The notes: generated by a model not told the origin, from the sequence alone. Shown: positions 44,130 through 53,408, counted from the stretch's first letter. The stretch is 64,000 nucleotides of DNA from an uncultured Sandaracinaceae bacterium (GCA_964495565.1 CAZBWQ010000004.1:1703-65702); one strand, 5' to 3'. Numbers and translations: made by a program.

Positions 44130-45494
44130 TTACCGGGGCACGAGCCGCAGAGGCAGATTGTCGAGCGGCTTGGTGAACGGAAAATGCTGCAGCTTGGCCG
44201 GGAAGTATCCCTCTTGGGCAAACTCGATTTCGTAGCGGCCGATCAGCTCGCGAAAAGTCAGCAAAAACAGCATGCGGGCGAAGTGCATCCCGATGCACTT
44301 GTGCGCCCCGCCTCCAAACGGGATCCACATGAAGTTGTGTTTGCGGTGCTCGCCGACTTCCTCGGAGAATCGCGAGGGATCAAACTCGTTCGGCCTGCTC
44401 CACCATTCCTCCATCCGGTGGATGTAGTTTCCAGGTACGCAAACCATCGTATCCGCAGGAATTCGAATCCCGTCGATCTCGCATTCCCGAATGGTTCGGC
44501 GCAGGAACAACGGAACGGGAGGGTGCATCCTCAACGTTTCGTAGAACACGCAGATGAGCGGGTTCGTCGAGTGAAAGACCTCGTGGAAGCTCAGCTCTTG
44601 CGGCCACCGGGCGACTTCCTCCGCGAGCTCGGTCTGCAAAGCGCGATCGTTGCACAGGTGGTAGGCCGCCATCGTCGACGCGCTCGTCGTCGTGTCGTGG
44701 GCGGCCAGCATCAGGAAGACCATGTGGTCGGCAATGTCTTCGTCTTCGTAGTACTCGCCGCTTTCGGTTCGTTCGCGGCAGAAGTGAGCAAACACGTCGC
44801 GATCATCGGAAGCGCGCTTCTGATCGATGAGATCCATGAAAAAACGCTTCAGGTAACGACGACCCTCCAGGCCCCGATGATACAGAAACCCGGGAACGTC
44901 GAGGCGCACGATGCCGAGGGCGCCCTCCATCATGTCGGTGAAGGCTTGGTTGATCTCCGGGACTTTCGCCTCGGTATCGTCGACCCAACAGAAGACCTCG
45001 AACGCGATGTCGAGGAGCAAACGCTTCACCTCGTTGTAGAACAGAACGGTGTCTTGCTTCGACCATCGGTCGACCGTGCGCTCCACGATACCTTGCACGC
45101 GCGTCGCATATTCGCGCATCGCCGGGGGTTTGAAAGAGCTCTGCATGATCCCGCGATGAACGCGGTGCTCGTCGTAGTCGCGCATGACGAGCCCGCCCTG
45201 GAAGAAGTCGGCCATGACCGACTGCCAGCCCATCTTGATCGAGAAGTTCTTCTCGCGATCCATCAAGACGCGCTGGACATGATCGGGATGCAGAAGCAGG
45301 ACGCATTTGTTGCCGGTGATCGAGATCCGGCTGATCGCGCCGTACTTCCGATAGTAGTGATCGAACAGCGCCTGCGGGTCTTTGAACATGTCCCACGTCT
45401 TGCCGACGAAGGGCCATCCGTATTCCCCGTCGAGATGACGCAGTTTTCGATTCGCGGGCCGCTGGTCGTAAGGGAGCTCGGTGACTCGTTCCAC
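44130..45494 (-). CDS. Cytochrome P450
   Basis: FGGGAHKCIG haem-thiolate loop, ETLR (ExxR) and AAHDTT I-helix. The track start TTG 45530 lies in an AT-rich stretch, so GTG 45494 is preferred but uncertain. Confidence 0.9.
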   Translation of the reverse strand: MERVTELPYDQRPANRKLRHLDGEYGWPFVGKTWDMFKDPQALFDHYYRKYGAISRISITGNKCVLLLHPDHVQRVLMDREKNFSIKMGWQSVMADFFQGGLVMRDYDEHRVHRGIMQSSFKPPAMREYATRVQGIVERTVDRWSKQDTVLFYNEVKRLLLDIAFEVFCWVDDTEAKVPEINQAFTDMMEGALGIVRLDVPGFLYHRGLEGRRYLKRFFMDLIDQKRASDDRDVFAHFCRERTESGEYYEDEDIADHMVFLMLAAHDTTTSASTMAAYHLCNDRALQTELAEEVARWPQELSFHEVFHSTNPLICVFYETLRMHPPVPLFLRRTIRECEIDGIRIPADTMVCVPGNYIHRMEEWWSRPNEFDPSRFSEEVGEHRKHNFMWIPFGGGAHKCIGMHFARMLFLLTFRELIGRYEIEFAQEGYFPAKLQHFPFTKPLDNLPLRLVPR

Positions 45495-45569
45495 CCGACA
45501 AGCATACAACTTGTAAACTAAGGACTGCAATTGCGAACGATCGGCCCCGTTTTGGGCTCGAATGACCCG

Positions 45570-46559
45570 CTACGCTCGCACATCGAGCCGGGTGAGCCCG
45601 GCGGCTCGGGCCGCCTCGAAGGCGGCCGCCATCTCGGTGTCGCTCGGCGGTCGGTTGATCGACGCATGGCGTGGCTGGCCATCGCGTCCGAGTCGGCCCA
45701 CCTCGAACTGCGGTTGGTATTGACCCATCACGTTGACGTACGTGTCTGCCGAGATCTCTTCGGCGAGCCAACGGAGGATGGCCGCGGTCTCGTCGGTCTG
45801 TCCCGGCATCACCAAGTGCCTCACCAACAGGCCTCTCCGCGCGATTCCGTCCGGCCCCACCTTGAGGTCCCCGACCTGGCGGTGCATCTCGCGGATCGCG
45901 GCACGTGCGACCTCCGGATAATCCTTTGCTTTGCAGAGCGAGCGTGCGCTCTCCCGCTTCCAGAATTTGAAGTCGGGCATGTAGATGTCGACCAGCCCTT
46001 CCATCAAGCGAAGCGATTCGAGACTGTCGTAGGCGCTCGTGTTGTAGACGATGGGCACCCGCAAGCCTCGGGGAATCGCCACCTCGAGGGCTTCGACCAC
46101 CTGGGGCACCACGTGCTCGGGCGTGACGAAGTTGATGTTGTGGCACCCGCGTGCTTGAAGCGCGAGAGCCAACTCGGCGATCTGGTGTGCGTCGAGCTCC
46201 CTGCCGGCCTGCTCCTGACTGATGTCCCAGTTCTGGCAAAAGACGCACCTGAGGTTGCACAGCCCGAAAAAGATCGTGCCGCTTCCGCGATGGCCGCGAA
46301 GGCAGTCCTCCTCGCCGAAGTGCGCAAACGCGGAGCTCACCACGGCGCGGCGGCCGGTGTGGCACACCCTTCGCTCGTCTCGAAGCCGATTGATGCGGCA
46401 GTTTCGAGGACAAACGCGGCACTCTCGGAGCTCTTCGAGGGCGGCACGAGCCTTCGCGCCGACGAGGCCACGTCGCCAGGTCTCGAGGTAGACCGGCTCG
46501 AGCCCCTCGACCACGAATCGAGGGTCGGGCTCCGCCACCGGCCGCACCGATCGAAACAT
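45570..46559 (-). CDS. Radical SAM protein, PflX-type (pyruvate formate-lyase-activase-like)
   Basis: CNLRCVFCQN is the CxxxCxxC motif. The N-terminal Cys-rich CRVCPRNCRINR...VC is typical of COG1313/PflX. Confidence 0.85.
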   Translation of the reverse strand: MFRSVRPVAEPDPRFVVEGLEPVYLETWRRGLVGAKARAALEELRECRVCPRNCRINRLRDERRVCHTGRRAVVSSAFAHFGEEDCLRGHRGSGTIFFGLCNLRCVFCQNWDISQEQAGRELDAHQIAELALALQARGCHNINFVTPEHVVPQVVEALEVAIPRGLRVPIVYNTSAYDSLESLRLMEGLVDIYMPDFKFWKRESARSLCKAKDYPEVARAAIREMHRQVGDLKVGPDGIARRGLLVRHLVMPGQTDETAAILRWLAEEISADTYVNVMGQYQPQFEVGRLGRDGQPRHASINRPPSDTEMAAAFEAARAAGLTRLDVRA

Positions 46560-46604
46560 GTGTCGACCTTAGCACCCGGACCTCGTGTCCACGACGTGAA
46601 TGCC

Positions 46605-46630
46605 CTGGCATCGTAGGGCTTTGATGCCAG
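46605..46630. promoter_or_regulatory. Dyad CTGGCATC-N10-GATGCCAG in the divergent promoter region; candidate operator
   Basis: Read directly from the sequence. It lies 46-71 nt upstream of the radical SAM start (46559) and about 10 nt upstream of the ATG at 46640. A LysR gene is in the divergent operon. Confidence 0.35.
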
Positions 46631-46639
46631 TCTCCGCGC

Positions 46640-47095
46640 ATGCTGCTTCTCGTCGTGCAGGCGATGGCCACTTGGTCCATGACCTCGCTCATCTGGTTCG
46701 TGCAGTTGGTTCAATACCCATCCTTTTCCCGAGTGGGCATCGAGCTCTTCCCGTCTTTCCACAGCTACCACTCGAGCCGGATTACCTTCATCGTCGCGCC
46801 GCTCATGGTCGCGGAGGCGGTCTCCGCCGTAGGGCTCTTCTGGCGACCCGCACCGGAAATGGCTCGGTGGGAGATCACGCTCGGAGCCGGTCTCGTCGGG
46901 GTCATCTGGGCTTCCACGGCACTCCTGCAGGTTGCGATGCACCGCCGGTTGAGCAGAGGCTTCGACGAAGGCGCGTGGCGCTTCCTGGTCGCCAGCAACT
47001 GGATTCGGACCGCGGCGTGGTCGGTGCGTACGGTGCTGGTCACTGCATGGTTGTGGCGGGTGCTCGAGCGCAGCGCGCCGTTCTTCGACGCCTGA
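46640..47095 (+). CDS. Small 4-TM membrane protein (possibly DUF1772-like)
   Basis: Four hydrophobic spans. The DUF1772 idea is from memory only. Confidence 0.45.
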   Translation: MLLLVVQAMATWSMTSLIWFVQLVQYPSFSRVGIELFPSFHSYHSSRITFIVAPLMVAEAVSAVGLFWRPAPEMARWEITLGAGLVGVIWASTALLQVAMHRRLSRGFDEGAWRFLVASNWIRTAAWSVRTVLVTAWLWRVLERSAPFFDA

Positions 47096-47143
47096 AGATT
47101 GTCTTTTCATTCATGGCTCCAGCGAATACCATCGATTCCGCTA

Positions 47144-48109
47144 ATGCCCAGCAAGTCTGCCGATCCGGCTCTCGTCGCGTTGTCGCAGGTCGATCTCAAT
47201 CTCTTGTTGACGCTCGATCTCTTGCTCGAGCTTCGGAACGTCACGGCCGCGGCGCAGCGCTTCGGCGTGACGCAGTCCGCCATGAGCCACCGGCTGGCGC
47301 GGCTTCGAGAGGCATTCGACGATGCCCTCTTGGTGAGCGCGGGAGACGACTTGGTGCTCACGCCGAAGGCGGAGAGCTTGCGAGAGCCTCTTCGTGGGGC
47401 CCTCACCCAGCTACATCGGGCAATTCTGCCCCGGCTCGAGTTCGATCCGAAGTCTGCGACGCGAACGTTCGTGTTGGCGGGCGCTGATCTGGCCGAGATC
47501 AGCATGTTGCCCCCCCTTCTGCAGCACTTGCACGCCACCGCCCCGCACATCGGTGTTCGCATGGTGGGAAGAGGGTTCGTCACCGGAGAGGCCTTGGCGG
47601 AGGGCGACGTCGATTTTGCGCTCGCACCGGCCGAGGGAGCCGTTCCTGGGGTCGGGCTCGGAGAGATTCGTGGCGTCCGCCAATGCAAGCTGATCACCGA
47701 AGAGTTCGTGGTCCTCGCCAGACGTGGTCACCCACGGATCCGCGGAAGGCTCACCCTCAAGCGCTATCTCGACGAACGGCACGTGCTGGTTGCGCCGCAG
47801 GGGGAGCCGGGAGGTCTGGCCGACGCCGTGCTCCAGGCACGCGGGCTTCGCAGAGACGTGGCGGTTCAAGTCGCGAGCTTCTTGAGCGCGCCGTTTCTGA
47901 TCGCACGAAGCGACTACTTGCTCACCTGTCCGGCGAGCTTGGCTACCGCCACGTCCGAGGCGCTCGGGTTGCGAGCATTCAAGCCACCCTTCGAGATGCC
48001 GAGCGGCTCGATCTTTCTCTATTGGCACGAACGAATGCATCGAGACGAAGGGCACCGATGGTTTCGTCAGAAGCTCCTGTCGTGGGCTGGAGCTGACGAG
48101 CTCCTGTGA
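47144..48109 (+). CDS. LysR-family transcriptional regulator
   Basis: LNLLLTLDLLLELRNVTAAAQRFGVTQSAMSHRLARLR is the wHTH motif, followed by a LysR substrate-binding domain. ATG 47144 preferred over the track's TTG 47099. Confidence 0.85.
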   Translation: MPSKSADPALVALSQVDLNLLLTLDLLLELRNVTAAAQRFGVTQSAMSHRLARLREAFDDALLVSAGDDLVLTPKAESLREPLRGALTQLHRAILPRLEFDPKSATRTFVLAGADLAEISMLPPLLQHLHATAPHIGVRMVGRGFVTGEALAEGDVDFALAPAEGAVPGVGLGEIRGVRQCKLITEEFVVLARRGHPRIRGRLTLKRYLDERHVLVAPQGEPGGLADAVLQARGLRRDVAVQVASFLSAPFLIARSDYLLTCPASLATATSEALGLRAFKPPFEMPSGSIFLYWHERMHRDEGHRWFRQKLLSWAGADELL

Positions 48110-48222
48110 CCGCCGTCCGGTCTCTCATGAGGCGCATGAGAACGTTTCATGGCTCATTCGGGAGCCATGCACGAAGTTCGCTCTATGCTCATGGCGTACC
48201 CACCTCTCTGAAGGAGATCGCC

Positions 48223-48705
48223 ATGCGAACCATCACACTTGCCTTCTTGTCCTTCGTGCTGGTCGGCCTCGGGGTCGATCGGGCCCATGCCGAGGACGAG
48301 CTGATCCTGACGCTCGAGCCGGAGAGCACGCCCGCGTACGAGCTGACCTACGAAGATTTCCGGCTGAAAGAGCTCGAACGGGGGGCGCGCCGCTCGCGAA
48401 ACGCCCTGATCGGCACCTCGGCGGCGGCGGCCGTCGGCCTTGCCCTGGTCATCCCTGCGGCCTCCTCGCAGTGCAACTCCGTCGACGTACCCGGGCAAGA
48501 CGACAAGTACGAGTGCACCCGCGCAGGCGATGCGTTGCTCGGGGTTGGCTCGCCTCTCGTCATCGGAGGTCTGACGGGCGCGGTCGTCTCGGGCATCATC
48601 CTCGGCGTCCGTAAGGGCAAGATCCGCCGGCTCAACGACAGCTTCACGCCGACGCGGACGCGCGCGGTCCGTTGGGACGAGCGCAGCTCCCGATTCGTGT
48701 TCTGA
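48223..48705 (+). CDS. Hypothetical secreted/membrane protein
   Basis: In-frame ATG 48223 preceded by GAAGGAG. Signal peptide LAFLSFVLVGLGVDRAHA and a later TM span LVIGGLTGAVVSGIILGV. Confidence 0.45.
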   Translation: MRTITLAFLSFVLVGLGVDRAHAEDELILTLEPESTPAYELTYEDFRLKELERGARRSRNALIGTSAAAAVGLALVIPAASSQCNSVDVPGQDDKYECTRAGDALLGVGSPLVIGGLTGAVVSGIILGVRKGKIRRLNDSFTPTRTRAVRWDERSSRFVF

Positions 48706-48708
48706 CCG

Positions 48709-50190
48709 TCAGCAACCGACGCCCATCTCGGCGACGGCGCATTTGATCGGTGCGCCGTGCCGAAGATTGGCATTGAGATCGCGCAAGGCGGTGCGTATGC
48801 CCTCCTCGACGACCGGGTGATAGAACGGCATCCCCAACGCGTCCTCGACCGTCAGCTGGGCCTGCACGGCCCACGCGAGCAAGTGTGCCAGATGCTCGAC
48901 TCGAGGGCCGAAGAGCTCGGCGCCGAGCAAGCGCCCCGTGTGTTGCTCGGCGTAGATGCGTACCTTTCCAGCATTGACGCCCTGGAGCCGGGCGCGGCCT
49001 TGGTTGTGAAAGCTGACCTCGCCAGCGCTCGCCTCGCAATCGCGGAGTGATTCGTAGCCGCCACCCACGATTCCGATCTGCGGATCAGTGAAAACGATGG
49101 AAAGTGGCGTGCGCCGCCAGGCTGCGCGGATGTTTGGAAAATGCGCCGCATTGCGGCCTGCGATGCGGCCGTCGTCGGAGGCTTCGTGCAACAGCATGTG
49201 CAGCTCGTTCGCGTCACCGGCGACGAACACGGGTGCATCGCCGAGCTGCAACGTGTCGGGATCGATGGCGTATCGTCCGCGGTCGTCGGGAAAGATTCCC
49301 AGCGTTTCGAGCCCGAGCCCGCTCAGGTTGGGGACCCGTCCTGCAGCCATGAGGACCTGCGCGAACTCTTCATCACGTTCGGTCCCGGTCGAGTCGACGA
49401 AGCGAACGCGCATCCCGCCGTCGACCTTTTCGATCTTTTCGAGCTGGTATTCGGTGTGCAGGTCGAGCTCTTGCGAAAGGATTCGTTTGGCTTCCTCGAG
49501 GATGACCGGGTCATCCAGCGGCCCCACCAAGCCTTCGATTCCGAGCAACGTCGTGCGGACACCCAGGCGGTGGAACGCCTGCCCCAGCTCGAGCCCGATC
49601 GTGCCGAGTCCGATGACCAACATGCTGTCGGGCAACTGCTCGAGCTCGAAGATGTCCTCGTTGGTTCGCAAAGAATCCTCGACGACGCGAAATGGAGGCG
49701 GGACGATCGCGGCGCTTCCCGTGGCGACGACCAGCCGGTTGTAATGCAGCTCCCCGTGGCCATCGACGAGCAGTCGTCCTGGTCCGACGATCTTCGCACG
49801 CCCCTCGACGAGCTCACCTGCAGCGCGTGCCTCGTCGATCACTTCGAGCACGAAACCCACGAAGCGGTTTCGCTCGGCCTGGACGCGCGCCATCACCTCC
49901 GGGCCGCTCACGCGCACTGCGTCCGCGTGGACGCCAAACTTCGTCACGGAGCGCGCGTGGTGAGCCGCATCCGCGGCCGCAATCAGGAGCTTGCTCGGCA
50001 TGCATCCCACCCGGGCGCAAGTCGTCCCGAAAGGCCCCGGATCGACCATCGCCACCGAAGCGCCCTCCTTCTTGGCGGCGCGCCATGCGCTCAGACCTGC
50101 CGATCCAGCGCCCAAAATCGCCACGTCCACCGTATTCGGCTTTTCACTCACAAGTCGCTCCCATCTCGCCGTGCAGCGCGTCTCGCTCAT
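48709..50190 (-). CDS. Dihydrolipoyl-dehydrogenase-family flavoprotein disulfide reductase (E3-like) with Cys-containing C-terminal tail
   Basis: VAILGAGSAG, GTTCARVGCMPSK (redox CxxxxC) and YHPVVEE (HPxxxE dyad). It ends IKCAVAEMGVGC. Confidence 0.8.
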   Translation of the reverse strand: MSETRCTARWERLVSEKPNTVDVAILGAGSAGLSAWRAAKKEGASVAMVDPGPFGTTCARVGCMPSKLLIAAADAAHHARSVTKFGVHADAVRVSGPEVMARVQAERNRFVGFVLEVIDEARAAGELVEGRAKIVGPGRLLVDGHGELHYNRLVVATGSAAIVPPPFRVVEDSLRTNEDIFELEQLPDSMLVIGLGTIGLELGQAFHRLGVRTTLLGIEGLVGPLDDPVILEEAKRILSQELDLHTEYQLEKIEKVDGGMRVRFVDSTGTERDEEFAQVLMAAGRVPNLSGLGLETLGIFPDDRGRYAIDPDTLQLGDAPVFVAGDANELHMLLHEASDDGRIAGRNAAHFPNIRAAWRRTPLSIVFTDPQIGIVGGGYESLRDCEASAGEVSFHNQGRARLQGVNAGKVRIYAEQHTGRLLGAELFGPRVEHLAHLLAWAVQAQLTVEDALGMPFYHPVVEEGIRTALRDLNANLRHGAPIKCAVAEMGVGC

Positions 50191-50288
50191 ATGTGGGGCG
50201 GACGCATCAGGGGCGCCAGTCGGAGCAAGCCGATGTTGCGCGCATCCGGTTCAAGCTATGGTCGGCCGACCGGAGGACAGGAGTTCGC

Positions 50289-51608
50289 ATGAGCCAATCC
50301 GCCAGCCTGCGCACCGTGATCAGACGCAAGCCCATCGTTGCTTGGGCACTCTACGACTGGGCCAACTCCGCATTCGCGACCACGGTGATGGCCGGCTTCT
50401 TTCCGGTTTTCTACGGCGCGATCAGCGAAGGGCTCAGCACCGAGGATGCGCAGTTCTGGTTCAACGTCACCTTGGCGGCGGCGAGCATCCTCATCGCGGT
50501 GTCGGCTCCAGTCCTCGGCGCCATCGCCGATCGCGGTGGGAGCCGCAAGAAATTCTTGGCGTTTTTTGCGAGCATCGGCGTGTTGACGACGGCCGCGCTC
50601 GCTTGGGTGCACGCGGGTCAGTGGTGGATGGGGTTGTTGCTCTACGGCTTCGGCACGGTGGGCTTCTCGGGCGCCAACGTGTTTTACGACTCCATGTTGG
50701 TAGACGTGGCCGAAGAGCAGGAGCTCGATCTGGTTTCTGCCTTGGGGTATTCGGCCGGGTACATCGGCGGCGGGCTTCTGTTCGCGATCAACGTGCTCAT
50801 GGTCCAGCAGCCCGAGTGGTTCGGCTTGTCGGGGGCCGGGGATGCGGTGGCCGCCTCCTTCCTCAGCGTCGCGATTTGGTGGTCGATTTTCACGATCCCA
50901 CTTTTGTTGGCGGTCGAGGAGACGCCCACGGACAAACGAGCGCCACGCCTCGAAGCGATACGTGCGGGGCTGGCGCAGCTCGCGGATACGCTCCGGGAGA
51001 TTCGCGGATTCCGGGTGTTGACCCTCTTCTTGCTCGCGTACTGGATCTACATCGACGGCGTCAACACCGTCATCAAGACTGCCGTGTTCTTCGGCGACCG
51101 AGTGCTCGGCCTGGAGCAGGCTGCGCTGATCACCGCCCTCCTCCTGACCCAGTTCGTGGCGTTCCCTGCAGCTCTGGGGTTCGGGGCCCTCGGAGCGCGC
51201 ATCGGACCGAAGGCAGCCATTCTGATCGGCCTGGCCGTTTACCTCGCGGCGCTGGTCTACGCCTGGCGGTTCTTGGAAAACACCACGGACTTCTTCGTCT
51301 TGGCCGTGGCCATCGGACTGGTTCAAGGAGGTGTGCAGAGCCTGTCGCGGTCTCTTTACGCGCGCTTGATTCCTCCCTCGAAGAGCGCCGAATTCTTCGG
51401 TTTCTTCAACATGGTGGGGAAGTTCGCCAGCATCTTCGGACCGCTCTTGATCGCGTTTACGCCGAAGCTGATTCCAGGAGCGACCGAGCGTGACGGGATC
51501 ATCTCGCTCGCGCTTCTTTTCGTCTTGGGTGGGTTCTTGCTCAGCCGAGTACGAGTCGAAGCTGCCGTCGAGGCCGCACGCCGATTCGACGCGTCGGCGC
51601 ATCCGTGA
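50289..51608 (+). CDS. MFS transporter, UMF1/Atg22-like
   Basis: In-frame ATG 50289 of track ORF 49692..51608. WALYDWANSAFATTV is characteristic of UMF1. About 12 TM spans. Confidence 0.75.
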   Translation: MSQSASLRTVIRRKPIVAWALYDWANSAFATTVMAGFFPVFYGAISEGLSTEDAQFWFNVTLAAASILIAVSAPVLGAIADRGGSRKKFLAFFASIGVLTTAALAWVHAGQWWMGLLLYGFGTVGFSGANVFYDSMLVDVAEEQELDLVSALGYSAGYIGGGLLFAINVLMVQQPEWFGLSGAGDAVAASFLSVAIWWSIFTIPLLLAVEETPTDKRAPRLEAIRAGLAQLADTLREIRGFRVLTLFLLAYWIYIDGVNTVIKTAVFFGDRVLGLEQAALITALLLTQFVAFPAALGFGALGARIGPKAAILIGLAVYLAALVYAWRFLENTTDFFVLAVAIGLVQGGVQSLSRSLYARLIPPSKSAEFFGFFNMVGKFASIFGPLLIAFTPKLIPGATERDGIISLALLFVLGGFLLSRVRVEAAVEAARRFDASAHP

Positions 51609-51611
51609 GGC

Positions 51612-52475
51612 TCATCCGTACCGAGATGCCGGGTCGTTCATGATGCCCTTGAACGTCTTGGCGAGCTTTCCGCCTTGAAAGCCGTCGATCACCCGGTGAT
51701 CGAAGGTTGCTGCGATGCGCATGGTCGGCGTGACCATGACTCGGCCCTCGCGCACTCCGGGCTTGTCTTCGACCGCGCCGACCGCCAGGATCGCCGGGGC
51801 TCGCGTGAAGGTGAGAAGCGGCGGAAACGCCTCGCTGATGCCGAGCATTCCAACGCTCGTGACGATCGCGCTGCCAAATGGATCGTTGGGAACCCCCACG
51901 GACGACAAGTCGAGATTGAAGTCGTACTGGAGCCGGGCGACGAGCCGTAGGAGCGGGCCCATCACGACCGGCGGCAACAGGTTGAAGAGCTGCTTGGTCT
52001 TTTCGAGAAGGGGATCCTGGTGCTTTCGGACCTTGCGCGCGCCTTCGCGAATCTCCCGTGCGATCTCTGCGATGGACTTGCGGTCCGCATTTCGAACGAT
52101 GGCGCCGGACAAGTCTGCTTCCTGCTCGTGCTCCGCGTCTTCGGGCGGCACCGCCACGAGAACCGAAACGTCGACGTCGTCGCGCTCGAAGATGCGTCCT
52201 CTCCGAATGACGCAATTGCACTCCGGATGCTCCGCCAGCGTGTCCGCGAGCGCTTTGGTCACCAGGTGAGTGACGGTCAGATGCTCCCCGGTGCGCTCGG
52301 ATTCCTTCGACAAGAAGTCGAGGGCCTCGGTCATGTCGAGATCGATGGTTCCGTAAATCGTGGGGTCATCGGGCGCAGACCATGCGACCGCCGCCATGCG
52401 TCGCCAGCTCGACAGATTCCTGACGTAATGTCCGGTGATGTTTTTGCCCACGTCGCTCTCCAACCGAACGCTCAT
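51612..52475 (-). CDS. 2-oxoacid dehydrogenase E2-type acyltransferase catalytic domain only (no lipoyl or E3-binding domain)
   Basis: FDHRVIDG catalytic His motif near the C-terminus. ATG 52475 within track ORF 51612..52607. Only about 287 aa. Confidence 0.75.
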   Translation of the reverse strand: MSVRLESDVGKNITGHYVRNLSSWRRMAAVAWSAPDDPTIYGTIDLDMTEALDFLSKESERTGEHLTVTHLVTKALADTLAEHPECNCVIRRGRIFERDDVDVSVLVAVPPEDAEHEQEADLSGAIVRNADRKSIAEIAREIREGARKVRKHQDPLLEKTKQLFNLLPPVVMGPLLRLVARLQYDFNLDLSSVGVPNDPFGSAIVTSVGMLGISEAFPPLLTFTRAPAILAVGAVEDKPGVREGRVMVTPTMRIAATFDHRVIDGFQGGKLAKTFKGIMNDPASRYG

Positions 52476-52596
52476 TGATCCACATTTCGACGCAAAGGTT
52501 AAGCGGCGGCCGCTTCCTGCGCGTTGACCGCGCGACGCGGACAGGTCACGGACTGAAGATGCTCCCGACACGCGCTCATGGTTTCGGGGTGGAAGC

Positions 52597-53397
52597 ATGA
52601 GAGACACCGAGTGCGTCGCGTTTCTTCAGTGGGCGCTGCCGCGCCTCGGGCTGCGCTGGAAGGGCTATCGGAAGGTGCGCAGGCAGGTCTGCAAGCGCGT
52701 GGACCGACGGATCCGGGCGCTCGGGCTCGATGGCATCGAGGCGTATCGAAGGCGGCTGGAGCAACGCGAGGACGAGTGGGGCGTTCTCGACGACATGACT
52801 CGAATCACGATTTCTCGCTTCTTCCGGGACCGGGGCGTCTTCAGGTACCTGGATGAAATCGTGCTTCCGGCGCTTCATGCATCCGCGGCTCCAGACCCGG
52901 TTCGTATCTGGAGCGCGGGCTGTGCGGGCGGTGAGGAGGCCTACACGCTCGCCATTGCGGCAAAGCGCCGCGGAATTTTGGTGCGAATCACGGCCACGGA
53001 CGCCGATGTCGGGCAGCTACGGCGGGCACGCGAAGCGACCTATGCCGCAGGCTCCCTCAAGGAGCTTCCGGCGAGCTGGACGGACTTCGCCTTCGATCGG
53101 CGCGGCGAGGAGCTCGTCTTGCGAGAAGAGCTTCGTGCGGACGTCGAGCTCTTGCATCAAGACATCCGTGTGGAGATGCCGGAGGGGCCTTTTCACTTGG
53201 TGCTCTGCCGATATCTCGCCTTCACCTACTTCGACGCGCCCCTGCAGCGAACGATCGCCGAAAGGCTGGTCGCGCGGCTCCTGCCGGGCGGCTTGGTCGT
53301 CCTCGGCAAGCACGAATCCTGGCCGCCCACCGCCCCAACCCTCACCGAGGTCCACCCCAGCATCTGGGGACACGCACCGCCCCCGCAATCCATCTGA
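52597..53397 (+). CDS. CheR-type SAM-dependent protein methyltransferase
   Basis: ISRFFRDRGVF, RIWSAGCAGGEEAYTLAI and LCRYLAFTYFD are CheR N- and C-domain motifs. Confidence 0.75.
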   Translation: MRDTECVAFLQWALPRLGLRWKGYRKVRRQVCKRVDRRIRALGLDGIEAYRRRLEQREDEWGVLDDMTRITISRFFRDRGVFRYLDEIVLPALHASAAPDPVRIWSAGCAGGEEAYTLAIAAKRRGILVRITATDADVGQLRRAREATYAAGSLKELPASWTDFAFDRRGEELVLREELRADVELLHQDIRVEMPEGPFHLVLCRYLAFTYFDAPLQRTIAERLVARLLPGGLVVLGKHESWPPTAPTLTEVHPSIWGHAPPPQSI

Positions 53398-53408
53398 TAT
53401 CGAGGGTT

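Noticed and set aside
43266-45521. 751-aa plus-strand ORF opposite the PolX-like and P450 genes (also 44803..46692 and 41504..43213 on the minus strand in other frames)
   Set aside because: All three are out-of-frame or antisense shadows of genes with unambiguous motifs (FGGGAHKCIG, CNLRCVFC, photolyase motifs). Their composition is R/G/P/A-biased.
46605-46622. Sigma-54-like element TGGCATcgtagGGCTT in the divergent promoter
   Set aside because: The GG-to-GC spacing is one nucleotide off the TGGCAC-N5-TTGC consensus, and the -12 element is poor. It is better explained as one arm of the dyad reported above.
52501-52515. 15-nt palindrome AAGCGGC-G-GCCGCTT in the E2-like/CheR-like divergent region
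   Set aside because: It is short and GC-rich, so it could easily arise by chance in this composition. No second copy was noticed.
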